Positions 40,367-50,013 of a DNA stretch of 64,000 nt are shown one piece after another. The DNA lies in assembly GCA_003221035.1 (NCBI GenBank), contig QHUB01000017.1, positions 1,298-65,297 of the forward strand. Reading direction: 5' to 3'. Every line of letters begins with the position of its first letter. Positions within the stretch are counted from its first letter, which is position 1. This DNA is from Gemmatimonadota bacterium (GTDB lineage: Bacteria; Gemmatimonadota; Gemmatimonadetes; Gemmatimonadales; GWC2-71-9). A model generated the notes under the pieces. It saw nothing but the letters and a program-made list of their open reading frames with translations. It searched no databases and was not told the origin of the DNA. A program made the position numbers and the translations under genes.

Positions 40367-41214
40367 GAGTCCCCGGCCACCACCACGCGCGGCTTCAGAA
40401 GCTCACCCGACTGCTCAGCGATCGCCAGCAATTCGTCGCCGGCAAAGAGAGCGACACGCTCCCCGCTCCCGGCTCCCGGCTCCTCGGCAGAAATCGGTCG
40501 GCCGTGCAGCACGGCCTCCCGTTCCTTCTCATCTATCTGGCGGCGCGGCAGGTGGGCGACCAGTACCGCCGCATTCTGCAACGTCGCTTGCGTTACGGCT
40601 TCGGGTGCGACGGCGTCCTCGAGACGGAGCGGCCCCACGGCCGTGCGCCGCAGCGCCGTCACATGCGCGCCGCAACCCAACTTCGCCCCGATGTCCCGCG
40701 CCAGCGATCGCAGATACGTCCCCGCACTCACCGTCGCGCGAAACTGCAGATCAGGGACCGCCGCTTCGAGAATCTCCAGCTCCCTGACCTCGACCTGCCG
40801 CGCGGCGGGAGCGACGACTTCCCCGCGCCGCGCGCGCCGATACGCACGCTCTCCGTCGATCTTGACCGCGGAGTACGCCGGCGGCCGCTGGGCGTAGGTG
40901 CCGCGAAAGCTGCTGATCACCTCCGCCAGCTGTCCCGGCGTGATGCCCGTCCAGGGCGCGGTCGCCAGCACCGTTCCGGTCAGGTCGTCGGTGTCCGTCG
41001 TGACGCCGAGGCGAATGACGCCCTCGTAGGTCTTGGGCCAGTCCGCGGCGAACGGCGCGAGCCGCGTCGCGCGCCCGACAACCAATACGAGCAACCCCTT
41101 GGCGAACGGGTCCAGCGTGCCCAGATGTCCAACGCGCTGTTCGCCGAGCGCACGGCGGACGATGTCCACGACATCATGTGAGGTAGGGCCGGCCGGTTTC
41201 GCGACCAGCGCCAC
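40363..41214 (-). CDS. truB: tRNA pseudouridine(55) synthase
   Basis: 283 aa, GTG start. ..KPAGPTSHDVV.., ..GHLGTLDPFAKGLLVL.. Confidence 0.9.
   Translation of the reverse strand: MALVAKPAGPTSHDVVDIVRRALGEQRVGHLGTLDPFAKGLLVLVVGRATRLAPFAADWPKTYEGVIRLGVTTDTDDLTGTVLATAPWTGITPGQLAEVISSFRGTYAQRPPAYSAVKIDGERAYRRARRGEVVAPAARQVEVRELEILEAAVPDLQFRATVSAGTYLRSLARDIGAKLGCGAHVTALRRTAVGPLRLEDAVAPEAVTQATLQNAAVLVAHLPRRQIDEKEREAVLHGRPISAEEPGAGSGERVALFAGDELLAIAEQSGELLKPRVVVAGDS
40458..40485. repeat. Tandem heptamer array, 4 x GCTCCCG
   Basis: gctcccc gctcccg gctcccg gctcctc, inside the truB C-terminal region (peptide EEPGAGSGE). Confidence 0.65.
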
Positions 41215-41231
41215 GCCGTCCTGCCCCTGGC

Positions 41232-41588
41232 TCAGTCGTCCGACTCCTTCAGCTCCTTCAGGACGCGGTCGATACGCTGCGCGTGCTCCAGCCCCCGATC
41301 CAGATGGAAATGCAGCTCCGGGCTGGTGCGCAGGTGCAGCTCCTTCGAGAGTTGGGCCCGCAGAAAGCGCGCGGCGCTCGCGAGTCCTTCGAGCGACGTC
41401 GCTTTCTCTTCGTCCGATCCCATGACGCTCACCCGCACGTTCGCGTGCGAGAGATCGGGTGAGACGTCGACGCCCGTGACCGTGACGAAGCCGATCCGGG
41501 GATCACGCACGTCGCCGGTGAGAAACGCACCGACGGCTTGCCGGATCAGCTCGCTCACGCGCTCGGGACGGTGACTGCGCCGCTTCAT
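41232..41588 (-). CDS. rbfA: Ribosome-binding factor A
   Basis: 118 aa from ATG 41588. ..RVSELIRQAV...VTVTGVDVSPDLSHANV.. Confidence 0.85.
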   Translation of the reverse strand: MKRRSHRPERVSELIRQAVGAFLTGDVRDPRIGFVTVTGVDVSPDLSHANVRVSVMGSDEEKATSLEGLASAARFLRAQLSKELHLRTSPELHFHLDRGLEHAQRIDRVLKELKESDD

Positions 41589-41869
41589 CAGAGATAGCTC
41601 GTGGTCGTATCGACGATCCGGGCCCCATCGGCGCCCGCGACCAGCTTGTCCGCTTCCCGCAGCACACTCTCGGCGTGCCGCCGGTCGGTGCTCGCCACCG
41701 CGGCCGTCAGCTCGGCGCGCTGCCACAGGTCCTGATGCGCCGTCTCGGCGACCGAAACGTTGAAACGGTTGTGCATCCGGTCCTTCAAACTCTTCACGAT
41801 GGTGCGTTTGTCCTTGAGCGACTGGCACCCGGGCAGATGCAGCTCCCACACCATCACCCCCACAATCAC
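41588..41869 (-). CDS. DUF503-family protein (YlxP-like)
   Basis: 93 aa. ..LHLPGCQSLKDKR.., in the conserved position between infB and rbfA. Confidence 0.75.
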   Translation of the reverse strand: MIVGVMVWELHLPGCQSLKDKRTIVKSLKDRMHNRFNVSVAETAHQDLWQRAELTAAVASTDRRHAESVLREADKLVAGADGARIVDTTTSYL

Positions 41870-44544
41870 GACTCAGCGGCGCTGAGCGAGCGCGCGACCT
41901 CCTCGATGCGATACGACTCGATCAGATCGCCGACCTTCACGTCGTTGAAGTTCTCGATGCCGATGCCGCACTCGAAGCCTTCGCGCACTTCGCGCACGTC
42001 GTCCTTGAAGCGCTTCAGCGACGACAGCGTGCCGTCGTAGACCTCGACGCCGTCGCGGATCACACGGACCCGGCCGGTGCGCGGGATGACGCCGGAGCGC
42101 ACGAAGCACCCCGCGATCGTGCCGATCTTCGCGATCTTGAAGATCTGGCGGACTTCGGCCTCGCCCAGCACCACTTCCTTCTTTTCGGGCGCGAGCAGGC
42201 CTTCCATCGCCAGCTTCACCTCTTCGACCGCCTCGTAAATGATCCGGTAGGTGCGGATCTCCACGCGCTCGCGATCGGCGGCCGCGCGCGCGTTGGAGTC
42301 GGGACGCACGTGGAAGCCGACGATGATCGCCCCCGACGCCCGCGCGAGCAGGACGTCGGACTCCGTGATCGCGCCGACGCCGCGATGGACGATCTCGACC
42401 TTGACCTCGGCCGTCGAGAGCTGCGACAGCGCATCGGCCAGGGCTTCGGCGGGGCCCCCTTGATCGGCCTTGATGATGATCCGCAGCGTCGCCACACCGC
42501 CGGCGGCCGCGTCGGCCATGAAGTCTTCGAGCGTCTTGACCCGGCCCGAACGCCGGTGCTGCGCTTCGCGCTCGAGGCGCTGGCGCTTCTGCGCGATGTC
42601 GCGCGCTTCCGCCGCGTCGGCCATCGCGAGGAAGGTGTCCCCCGCTTCCGGCACGCCTTCGAACCCGAGGATCTGGACCGGCGTCGACGGTCCGGCGTCC
42701 GGCTCGGTCCCGCCGCGCTCGTCGTACATCGCGCGGACGCGGCCCGAATACTGGCCGCAGATGAAATCGTCGCCCACGCGCAGCGTGCCGGTCTGTACGA
42801 TGATCGTGGCGAGCGCGCCCTTCCCCGGATCGAGCTGCGCCTCCAGCACCGTGCCCTGCGCCTTGCGATCGGGATTGGCCTTGAGATCGAGCAGCTCGGC
42901 CTGCAGCAGCACCTGCTCCAGCAACTCGTCGATGCCCGTGCCCTTCTTGGCGGAGATCGGCGTCGCCAGCGTCGTGCCGCCAAATTCTTCGAGCACGACG
43001 CCGTGGGCCAGCAGGTCCTGCTTCACCTTCTGCACGTTGGCGGTCGGCAGGTCGATCTTGTTGATCGCGACGACGAGCGGCACGCCGGCGTTCTTGGCGT
43101 GGGAGATCGCCTCGATCGTCTGCGGCATGATCGCGTCATCGGCGGCGACGACGAGCACCACGATATCCGTGACCTGCGCGCCGCGCGCGCGCATCGCCGT
43201 AAAGGCCTCGTGACCCGGCGTGTCGAGGAACGTGATCCTCCGGCTGTCCTTCAGCGTGACCTGATAGGCGCCGATGTGCTGCGTGATGCCGCCGGCCTCG
43301 CCCGCAACGACGTTCGTCTTGCGGACATAGTCGAGCAGCGACGTCTTCCCGTGATCGACGTGGCCCATGATCGTCACGATCGGCGGCCGGGGCTTCAGGG
43401 TCTCGACGGCGTCCTGGGTCTGCTCCGTCTGGGTGGTCGCGTATTCCTCTTCGCGGACCGCCTGGAACCCGAAGGCCGACGCGATCAACTCGATCATGTC
43501 GAAATCGAGCCGCTGGTTGATCGTGACCATCTGGCCGAGCTCTTTGAAGGCGAAGGTGACGATCTGCGTCGGCGGCACCTTCAGCGTATTGGCGAGCTCG
43601 GAGACGGTGATGAACTCCGTGACGCGCACGAGCGTCTTCTCGCGCTCGCGCTCTTCGCGGCGCCGCTCCTCCTGCACCTCGCGGAACGACGGTCCCTCCT
43701 CGCGACGGTGGACGCCCTTCTTGCCGACCGGCGCCTTCAGCGTCGCGAGCGTGCGCGAGATGTTCTGCGCCACCGCTTCCTGATCGACCAGCGACTTCTT
43801 GCCCTTCTTGCGCTTCTTGCCCTTCTCTCTGCGCCGCTCATCGAGCGGCGGCGCGCCCGGCGCGGCGGACGCCACGGGCCGCGGCGGCGGAGCGCTGGGA
43901 GCGCCAGGGCCGCCGCCCGACGGTGTGCCACGGGCGACGGGCCGGGGACGCACCGGCGTCGGGATGAAAGGCCGGGGCGGCGGTGACGACGACGGCGCCG
44001 AGAAAACCGGCGGCGACGGGGCGGCGGAGGGCGGCGGCGGCGCAAAGGTCAGACTGGCCGTGGCGGTCGACGTCTCCGCCGACTCAGCCGGGGCGAGATC
44101 CTTGAAGAGCGCCGCGGCGCGCTGTTCGAGCGACGGCGCGGCCTTCTCTTCTTCCTGCTCGCGGACCGCGGTCTCGAGCACCAGGCGCGCGCGCTCGGCA
44201 TCCGCCGCTTCGGCGGCCGCGACTTCAGCCGCGGCGGCGTCGGCGGCGGCGACTTCGGCGGCGGTGCGACGGCGGCGCTTGGGGCGGTTGTCGCCTGCCG
44301 CGACCGGCTCGGGCTCGGGCTCGACAGCCTTGGCCGCGGCGCGGCGCCGTTTCGGCGGCGTCGCCGGCTGCTTCTGCTTGCGCTTGTCGCGCTCCCAGCG
44401 CGCGCGCATCAGCGACACCTGCTCGTCCTTGAGCGGCGTGAGATGACTGCGCACGAAAATGTCCATCTCCTTGAGCATGCCCATCAGCTGCTCGCTGGAG
44501 ATGCCGAACTCTGCCGCTAAATCGTGGATCCGCGTTGTTGCCAC
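41866..44544 (-). CDS. infB: Translation initiation factor IF-2
   Basis: 892 aa. GTG start with GAGGGG upstream. Ala/Pro-rich N-terminal region, then G domain ..IMGHVDHGKTSLLD.., DTPGH, NKID. Confidence 0.95.
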   Translation of the reverse strand: MATTRIHDLAAEFGISSEQLMGMLKEMDIFVRSHLTPLKDEQVSLMRARWERDKRKQKQPATPPKRRRAAAKAVEPEPEPVAAGDNRPKRRRRTAAEVAAADAAAAEVAAAEAADAERARLVLETAVREQEEEKAAPSLEQRAAALFKDLAPAESAETSTATASLTFAPPPPSAAPSPPVFSAPSSSPPPRPFIPTPVRPRPVARGTPSGGGPGAPSAPPPRPVASAAPGAPPLDERRREKGKKRKKGKKSLVDQEAVAQNISRTLATLKAPVGKKGVHRREEGPSFREVQEERRREEREREKTLVRVTEFITVSELANTLKVPPTQIVTFAFKELGQMVTINQRLDFDMIELIASAFGFQAVREEEYATTQTEQTQDAVETLKPRPPIVTIMGHVDHGKTSLLDYVRKTNVVAGEAGGITQHIGAYQVTLKDSRRITFLDTPGHEAFTAMRARGAQVTDIVVLVVAADDAIMPQTIEAISHAKNAGVPLVVAINKIDLPTANVQKVKQDLLAHGVVLEEFGGTTLATPISAKKGTGIDELLEQVLLQAELLDLKANPDRKAQGTVLEAQLDPGKGALATIIVQTGTLRVGDDFICGQYSGRVRAMYDERGGTEPDAGPSTPVQILGFEGVPEAGDTFLAMADAAEARDIAQKRQRLEREAQHRRSGRVKTLEDFMADAAAGGVATLRIIIKADQGGPAEALADALSQLSTAEVKVEIVHRGVGAITESDVLLARASGAIIVGFHVRPDSNARAAADRERVEIRTYRIIYEAVEEVKLAMEGLLAPEKKEVVLGEAEVRQIFKIAKIGTIAGCFVRSGVIPRTGRVRVIRDGVEVYDGTLSSLKRFKDDVREVREGFECGIGIENFNDVKVGDLIESYRIEEVARSLSAAES

Positions 44545-44553
44545 TCACCCCTC

Positions 44554-44581
44554 GCTATCGGCTATCTGCTATCGGCGATCA
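44554..44581. repeat. Tandem heptamer array, 4 x GCTATCG
   Basis: gctatcg gctatct gctatcg gcgatca, spanning the ylxQ-like stop codon and the gap before the infB GTG start. Confidence 0.7.
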
Positions 44582-44861
44582 GGCCGCGGGCCAACGCGGC
44601 GTCCATCACTCCAACCGCCTGCACCGGCGGCTTTCCGAGTCCCTCCCCCAGCTCCTGCGCGTCGGGCCCGCGGAGTACGGGGACCTTCTTGCCGTCCGCC
44701 AGCCGCCCGACTTTCTCCAGTGTTCGCGCCCCGGCGTCCGACGCCAACACCACACAGACCACCTTGCCGCGTTGCAACCCTGCTCGCACGCCCGCCACAC
44801 CGATCACGACGTTGCCTGCCCGCAATCCCAGACCGAGCAGCCGCGTGATTTTCGCACTCAC
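44562..44861 (-). CDS. L7Ae-family RNA-binding protein (YlxQ-like)
   Basis: 99 aa. ..LLGLGLRAGNVVIG...VVLASDAG...LGEGLGK.., in the conserved nusA-infB position. The last codons lie in a heptamer array. Confidence 0.7.
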   Translation of the reverse strand: MSAKITRLLGLGLRAGNVVIGVAGVRAGLQRGKVVCVVLASDAGARTLEKVGRLADGKKVPVLRGPDAQELGEGLGKPPVQAVGVMDAALARGLIADSR

Positions 44862-46186
44862 GCCGTCGTCTTACCCGCTTCTTCCTCTTCGCCGCCTTCC
44901 TCGGTCATCTCGTTCAAGAAGGCCATCATCTTGTCCGCGAGATCGGGCGTCATCCCGGGCAACAGATCGACTTCTTCGCGCTCCAGGTCGAGAATGTCCT
45001 GCAGCGTCTTCTTGCCCGCCTGCTCGAGCACCGCGACGAGCTCCGGCGAGAGTCCCTTCATCTCGCTCAGCGCCACCTGCGTGACCGATTCATCGGTCGG
45101 CGGCAGCGGCGCGAACAGCGGGCCTTCGCCGCCACGCTCGAGCCATTCGCGACTCGAATAGAGATCGACTTTCCAGCCCGTGAGCTCGGAGGCGAGCCGG
45201 ACGTTCTGCCCGTTCCGCCCGATCGCGAGCGACAGCTGGTCCTCGTCCACGATCGCCTGAATCGTTTTCGATTCGGGATCCGAGAAGACGCGCGCCACCC
45301 TCGCCGGCGCGAGCGACAGCTTGGCAAAGCGCTCGGGGTCGGACGACCAGGGGACGATGTCGATCCGCTCCCCATTCAGCTCGTTGACCACCGCCTGCAC
45401 GCGCGACCCCTTGAGCCCGACGCACGCCCCGACCGGATCGATGCCGTCGTCACGCGACCAGACCGCGATCTTGGTGCGGCTGCCGGCTTCGCGCGCCGTC
45501 GCCCGGATTTCGACGATCTGCTGCTGGATCTCCGGGACTTCGAGCTTGAACAGCGCCTTCACGAACAGCGGATCGGCGCGCGACAGGATCAGCCGCGGCC
45601 CCTTGGGCGTCTCTTCGATCCGCTTCAGGACCGCGCGGATCGTGTCGCCCTGATGGAAATGTTCGCGGTGATTCTGGTCGCGGTACGGGATGATCGCTTC
45701 GGCTTCGCGGAACTTGTTCAGCATGACGACGATCTTGCCGCGCTCGATCTGCTGCACCTCGCCCGACAACAGCTCGCCCACTTTGCTGGAAAACTCTTCG
45801 CGGATGCGGCTGCGCTCGCCCTCGCGGACGCGCTGGATGATGCGCTGCTTGGCGGCCTGCACGGCCGTGCGCCCGAATTGCTCGAACGGCACTTCTTCCT
45901 CGAGCACGTCGCCCGGCTCGAAGTCCGGGTCCTCGTACCGCGCTTCTTCGAGCGAGACTTGCGTCCCGGCGTCCTCGACGGCTTCCACCACCGTCTTGAG
46001 CACGACGATCCGGATCGACCCCTTCAGCTCGTCGATCCCGATCTCGGCGCGCACGTTCGGGCCAAAGCGCTTCACCAGAGCCGCGTGCAGACCGTCCTTG
46101 AGCAGATCGATCAGCTCGCTCCGTTCGAGCTGCTTGGTGCTGGTCAGCTCTTTGATCGCGGAGACAACGTCAGTCGTGTTGGCCAT
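44858..46186 (-). CDS. nusA: Transcription termination/antitermination factor NusA
   Basis: 442 aa from ATG 46186. S1 and KH regions (..GELLSGEVQQIERGKIVV.., ..ACVGLKGSRVQAV.., ..AIGRNGQNVRLAS..). Confidence 0.95.
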   Translation of the reverse strand: MANTTDVVSAIKELTSTKQLERSELIDLLKDGLHAALVKRFGPNVRAEIGIDELKGSIRIVVLKTVVEAVEDAGTQVSLEEARYEDPDFEPGDVLEEEVPFEQFGRTAVQAAKQRIIQRVREGERSRIREEFSSKVGELLSGEVQQIERGKIVVMLNKFREAEAIIPYRDQNHREHFHQGDTIRAVLKRIEETPKGPRLILSRADPLFVKALFKLEVPEIQQQIVEIRATAREAGSRTKIAVWSRDDGIDPVGACVGLKGSRVQAVVNELNGERIDIVPWSSDPERFAKLSLAPARVARVFSDPESKTIQAIVDEDQLSLAIGRNGQNVRLASELTGWKVDLYSSREWLERGGEGPLFAPLPPTDESVTQVALSEMKGLSPELVAVLEQAGKKTLQDILDLEREEVDLLPGMTPDLADKMMAFLNEMTEEGGEEEEAGKTTA

Positions 46187-46647
46187 CAAGAGTCCTTGTC
46201 GGCATCGCTTGCCAGTCGAGCATCCTTTACATCCGAGAGCCTGAATTCCCGCTCCGCGCCGCCTTCGGGCTGGAGCACCACCGAGTCTTCCGAGAGCACG
46301 GCGACGATGCGCGCACGCACGCGGCCCAGCCCCGCCAATTTCACGCTCACATCGCGGCCCACGAATTGGACCCAGTGCCGGTGCCAGCGCACGGGCCTGT
46401 CGATCCCCGGGCTCGACACTTCCAGGACGTAGCGATTCCCGAGGGGGCCGCCAGCGGCGTCCAGCCACTGTTCCAACGCCCGGCTGACCCGGCTGCAGTC
46501 TTCGACCGTGACGTTGCGTGGCGAACAGTCGATGCGGACTTGAACGAGTGGCCGGTTCGGCGTCCCGCCGATCCGCAGGTCGGCCAGATCGAACCCCAAC
46601 CCCTCCAACCGGGTCCGAAAGGCCTCGACAAGACTCTCAGTGAGCAT
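46186..46647 (-). CDS. rimP: Ribosome maturation factor RimP
   Basis: About 153 aa from MLTESL.. ..YVLEVSSPGIDRPV.. 1-nt overlap with the nusA start. Confidence 0.85.
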   Translation of the reverse strand: MLTESLVEAFRTRLEGLGFDLADLRIGGTPNRPLVQVRIDCSPRNVTVEDCSRVSRALEQWLDAAGGPLGNRYVLEVSSPGIDRPVRWHRHWVQFVGRDVSVKLAGLGRVRARIVAVLSEDSVVLQPEGGAEREFRLSDVKDARLASDADKDS

Positions 46648-46713
46648 GAAAAAAAAGCGCGGGCCGAACTTCGCCCGCATCAGGATGGGAATGTATCCTG
46701 GGTCCCTTCGATG

Positions 46714-47412
46714 TCAACCGAGCGGGCGTCCCAGGTAGGCCACCATGCGCCCGTCGCGCCCCTGCGACGCGCGATGCGAGTAGAAGCGATCCCGCCCCTC
46801 GGCGCTGCACCATGGCGAGATCGTGATGTCATTAATCCCGAGCGCGCGCGCCTGTCGCGCGAGCATGGCACGGAGATCGAGCTGCACAGTCCCAGACATT
46901 CCAAAGCGGACGGCAACCTCAGAACCTACTTCATAACACGATCCGCAAATGCCAATGCCACAATGCATTACGATATCGCTCGCCTTGGCGAGGCCGCGCC
47001 ACTTCAAGAGCTCGACGCACTGCTCGAGAATGCCGTCCGCCGCGCCGCGCCACCCGGCATGCACCAACGCGATCGCGCCTTTTTGCGGGACCGCGAGATA
47101 GATCGGGATACAGTCGGCGACGGTCACCGTGAGGAGCACGCCGCGCTCGGCGGTCGCGTGACCATCGCTCCCGTCGAGGATCAGCCAACCCTCGGGCAGC
47201 GGGTCGTGCCAGTGCACGTCGGTGCCGTGCACCTGGTGCGCGAGCACCAGCGAAGGAAATCGATCGCCAAACGCGGAGCGAAACGCGCGCCAGCGGCCGA
47301 TGACCTGCCCCACCGGTTCGTCGCTCCATAGGCCGAGGCTCAATGGTCGCGTCGTGATGCCGGCGACCAGGCCGTAGCGATTGGCCCATTCCAGGAGCTC
47401 GAGGCGTGGCAC
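46714..47412 (-). CDS. pgeF: Peptidoglycan editing factor PgeF / YfiH (DUF152, laccase-domain)
   Basis: ..HQVHGTDV.., ..DCIPIYL.., ..HAGWRGA.., ..CGSCYEV.. I chose GTG 47412 as the start so that the REP palindrome at 47457..47484 stays intergenic. The start is uncertain. Confidence 0.7.
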   Translation of the reverse strand: MPRLELLEWANRYGLVAGITTRPLSLGLWSDEPVGQVIGRWRAFRSAFGDRFPSLVLAHQVHGTDVHWHDPLPEGWLILDGSDGHATAERGVLLTVTVADCIPIYLAVPQKGAIALVHAGWRGAADGILEQCVELLKWRGLAKASDIVMHCGIGICGSCYEVGSEVAVRFGMSGTVQLDLRAMLARQARALGINDITISPWCSAEGRDRFYSHRASQGRDGRMVAYLGRPLG

Positions 47413-47456
47413 GGCGGCATCCCCGGAAGGAATTTCGGCCAGGGAAAGGGGCGCAG

Positions 47457-47484
47457 GTAGGGACGCAGCATGCTGCGCCCCTAC
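47457..47484. repeat. REP-like palindrome, second copy (GTAGGGACGCAGCATGCTGCGCCCCTAC, one mismatch)
   Basis: Same 28-mer as 32536..32563 with one arm mismatch. Preceded by an extra half-copy GGGGCGCAG at 47448..47456. Lies between the murA stop and the probable pgeF start. Confidence 0.8.
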
Positions 47485-47506
47485 GCTATCCGCCTTCGCC
47501 CCAAGA

Positions 47507-48796
47507 TTACGATCGGCGCTCAATCTGCGCTCCCAGTGCCTTCAGTCGCGTGTCGATGTGCTCATACCCGCGCTCGATCTGACCGATGTTCTGAATCACC
47601 GAGTCACCTTGCGCGGCGAGCGCGGCCAGCAGCATCGCCATCCCTGCGCGAATGTCGGGACTCTCGACCTGCTGGCCACGCAGCGCGGATGGTCCCGCGA
47701 TCACCGCGCGATGCGGATCGCACAGCACGATTCGCGCACCCATGCCGATCAGCTTATCCACGAAGAACAGCCGCGACTCGAACAGCTTCTCGAAAACGAG
47801 GAGCAGACCTTCACACTGGGTCGCCACGACGATGGCAATCGACATGAGATCGGCGGGGAACGCGGGCCACGGGCCGTCCTCGAGCTTCGGGACATGGCCG
47901 CCGAGATCGGGACGAATCCGGCGCTCCTGATCGGCGTCGACGATCAACTTGGTGCCGTCAAGCCGGGGTCGCACGCCGAGCCGCTCGAACGCGAGCAGTG
48001 TGGACCGAAGGTCGTCGCCGCGGACGCCGTCGATCGTGATCGCACCGCCGGTGACCGCGGCGAGACCGATGAATGATCCGATCTCGATGTGATCGGGACC
48101 GACCACGTGCGCGGCAGCGTTCAGCGGCCGACCACCCTCGATGGTCAGGGTGTTGCTGCCGATGCCGTCGATCGCGGCCCCCAGCGTGACCAGGAACCGC
48201 GCGAGATCCTGGACATGCGGCTCGGAGGCGGCGTTGCGGAGCACGGTGGTGCCCGCCGCGCGCACGGCCGCCATCAGCGCGTTCTCGGTCCCGGTGACGC
48301 TCGGCTCATCGAGAAAAATGTCCGCCGCCTTGAGCTTGCCTTCGAGCTTGTACACGTCACCGACCGAGACCTCGGCGCCGAGGCGCTCCAACGCGAGGAA
48401 ATGCGTATCGACACGGCGCCGACCGATCACATCTCCGCCGGGGGGCGGCAGCGTCACGCGGCCGAAGCGCGCCAGCATAGGGCCGGCGAGCAGGATCGAC
48501 GCGCGGATCTCCTTGCACAGCGCCGGCTCGAGCGCCTTCGGCTCGGCGCGCGTCGTATCGATCTCGACGGTGTTCGTGCCCTGCCACTGTACCGTGGCCC
48601 CCACGTGCTGCAGCAGCGCGAGCAGCGTTTCGACGTCGCGAATGCGCGGGACGTTGTCGATGCGGCAAGGACCCTCCGCGAGGAGAGTGGCCGCGAGAAT
48701 GGGTAGGGCCGCGTTTTTGTTGCCGGCGGGGCGGATCGTGCCAGAGAGAGGGCGGCCTCCCGTGACACGGAACGACGGTGGCATAGATCCGCCCAA
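47507..48796 (-). CDS. murA: UDP-N-acetylglucosamine 1-carboxyvinyltransferase
   Basis: 429 aa. ..[21 protein letters not shown].. and the ..[12 protein letters not shown].. region. Confidence 0.95.
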   Translation of the reverse strand: MGGSMPPSFRVTGGRPLSGTIRPAGNKNAALPILAATLLAEGPCRIDNVPRIRDVETLLALLQHVGATVQWQGTNTVEIDTTRAEPKALEPALCKEIRASILLAGPMLARFGRVTLPPPGGDVIGRRRVDTHFLALERLGAEVSVGDVYKLEGKLKAADIFLDEPSVTGTENALMAAVRAAGTTVLRNAASEPHVQDLARFLVTLGAAIDGIGSNTLTIEGGRPLNAAAHVVGPDHIEIGSFIGLAAVTGGAITIDGVRGDDLRSTLLAFERLGVRPRLDGTKLIVDADQERRIRPDLGGHVPKLEDGPWPAFPADLMSIAIVVATQCEGLLLVFEKLFESRLFFVDKLIGMGARIVLCDPHRAVIAGPSALRGQQVESPDIRAGMAMLLAALAAQGDSVIQNIGQIERGYEHIDTRLKALGAQIERRS

Positions 48797-48828
48797 GCTA
48801 CGGGGACGCTTGCGCCTGCGTCAAGCGT

Positions 48829-50013
48829 TTGCGAACGTTGGCCCTCGTGCATCCCGTGCTTGCGCTGGCGCTCGTCCTCGTGGCCGGCATCGGCGTGACG
48901 CGTCTCTCGCGACCCGCGCTCCGTCGTCTTCCACTCCTCGCCGATTTCGCTGCGAGCGGCGCGCCATTTCTGCTGCTCGGCCTGCTGCTCGGACCGGCAC
49001 TCGGCGTGATCGATGGCGCGGGACTGCGCCTCCTGCAACCCGTCGTGGCGCTCGCCCTCGGCTGGATCGGGGCGCTCTTCGGCGCGCGACTCGAGTGGCG
49101 GATGGTCCGTCGCATTTCGGTCCGCACGTGGCTCGTCGGCGCCACGCTCGCGCTGCCCGTGCTGGCGACGACGACCATCATCGCCTGGGTGCTCGCACGC
49201 CGGCTCCCGGCCCTGACCGAATCGTGGGGTCCCCCGTCGTTTCCCGCCGCGCTCGCCCTCGGCGGCGCGCTGACAACGGCGGCCAGCCAGCGCGGACCGC
49301 GACTCGGTCGCCGCAATGCCGTGATCGATACGCTGTTTGGCACACTTGCCGTGGTGGTCGCCGTGGCCTTGTACCATCCGCATCTGGCGCCACGCAGCGT
49401 CGCCTTGACGGTGATCGCGGGGGTGGGACTCGGCGGCCTGTTTGTTGCGCTGGCGCGGAGCGACATGATGCCCGATCCGAGCGAAGCCGGAGTCGCCGCG
49501 CTGGCCGTGCTCCTGTGCGGCGCAGGCCTCAGCTACGCCGCGGGACTCTCGCCCTTCGTCGTCTGCGCCCTCACGGCAGCGATCGCGATGAGTTTTTCGC
49601 CCGTACCGATCCGGCGCGCGATGGCCGGCGTGCTGACGCGATGGGAGAGCGCCCTGTACGCCGCTTTCCTTATAGTAGCGGGCGCCCTGCTCCGGCCGAT
49701 GACTCCATGGATCCTGTTGGCCGCGCCGGTCCTGGCGGTCGTGCGGGTCCTGGCGCGATGGGTCACCGTGCGGTTCGGGCTCGATCAGGTGGACCCGGTG
49801 TGGCGTTCGCTCCCGTTCGCGCCGCCGCCCGAGTTCGCGCATTCCGCCATCCGCCAGGGCGCGACCGCGATCGCGCTGGCGGCGGGATTCGATCTGGTGC
49901 GCGGCGCCCCGGGCGCCGTGCTGGTCACGGTGCTCCTCAGCGTGATGACGGCCGAAGCACTGGCGTTGCGTACCCCGTTGACAGCACGCCCAAAGCACGC
50001 AGAGGTTACGTGA
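48829..50013 (+). CDS. Polytopic membrane protein, cation:proton antiporter-like (tentative)
   Basis: 394 aa, TTG start, about 11-12 hydrophobic helices. The family call is weak. Confidence 0.5.
   Translation: MRTLALVHPVLALALVLVAGIGVTRLSRPALRRLPLLADFAASGAPFLLLGLLLGPALGVIDGAGLRLLQPVVALALGWIGALFGARLEWRMVRRISVRTWLVGATLALPVLATTTIIAWVLARRLPALTESWGPPSFPAALALGGALTTAASQRGPRLGRRNAVIDTLFGTLAVVVAVALYHPHLAPRSVALTVIAGVGLGGLFVALARSDMMPDPSEAGVAALAVLLCGAGLSYAAGLSPFVVCALTAAIAMSFSPVPIRRAMAGVLTRWESALYAAFLIVAGALLRPMTPWILLAAPVLAVVRVLARWVTVRFGLDQVDPVWRSLPFAPPPEFAHSAIRQGATAIALAAGFDLVRGAPGAVLVTVLLSVMTAEALALRTPLTARPKHAEVT

Noticed and set aside
43840-44300. Repetitive Ala/Pro/Glu-coding tracts in infB (for example repeated gcggcgacttcggcggc)
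   Set aside because: This is the ordinary low-complexity N-terminal region of IF-2 in GC-rich bacteria. It is in-frame codon repetition, not a distinct element.
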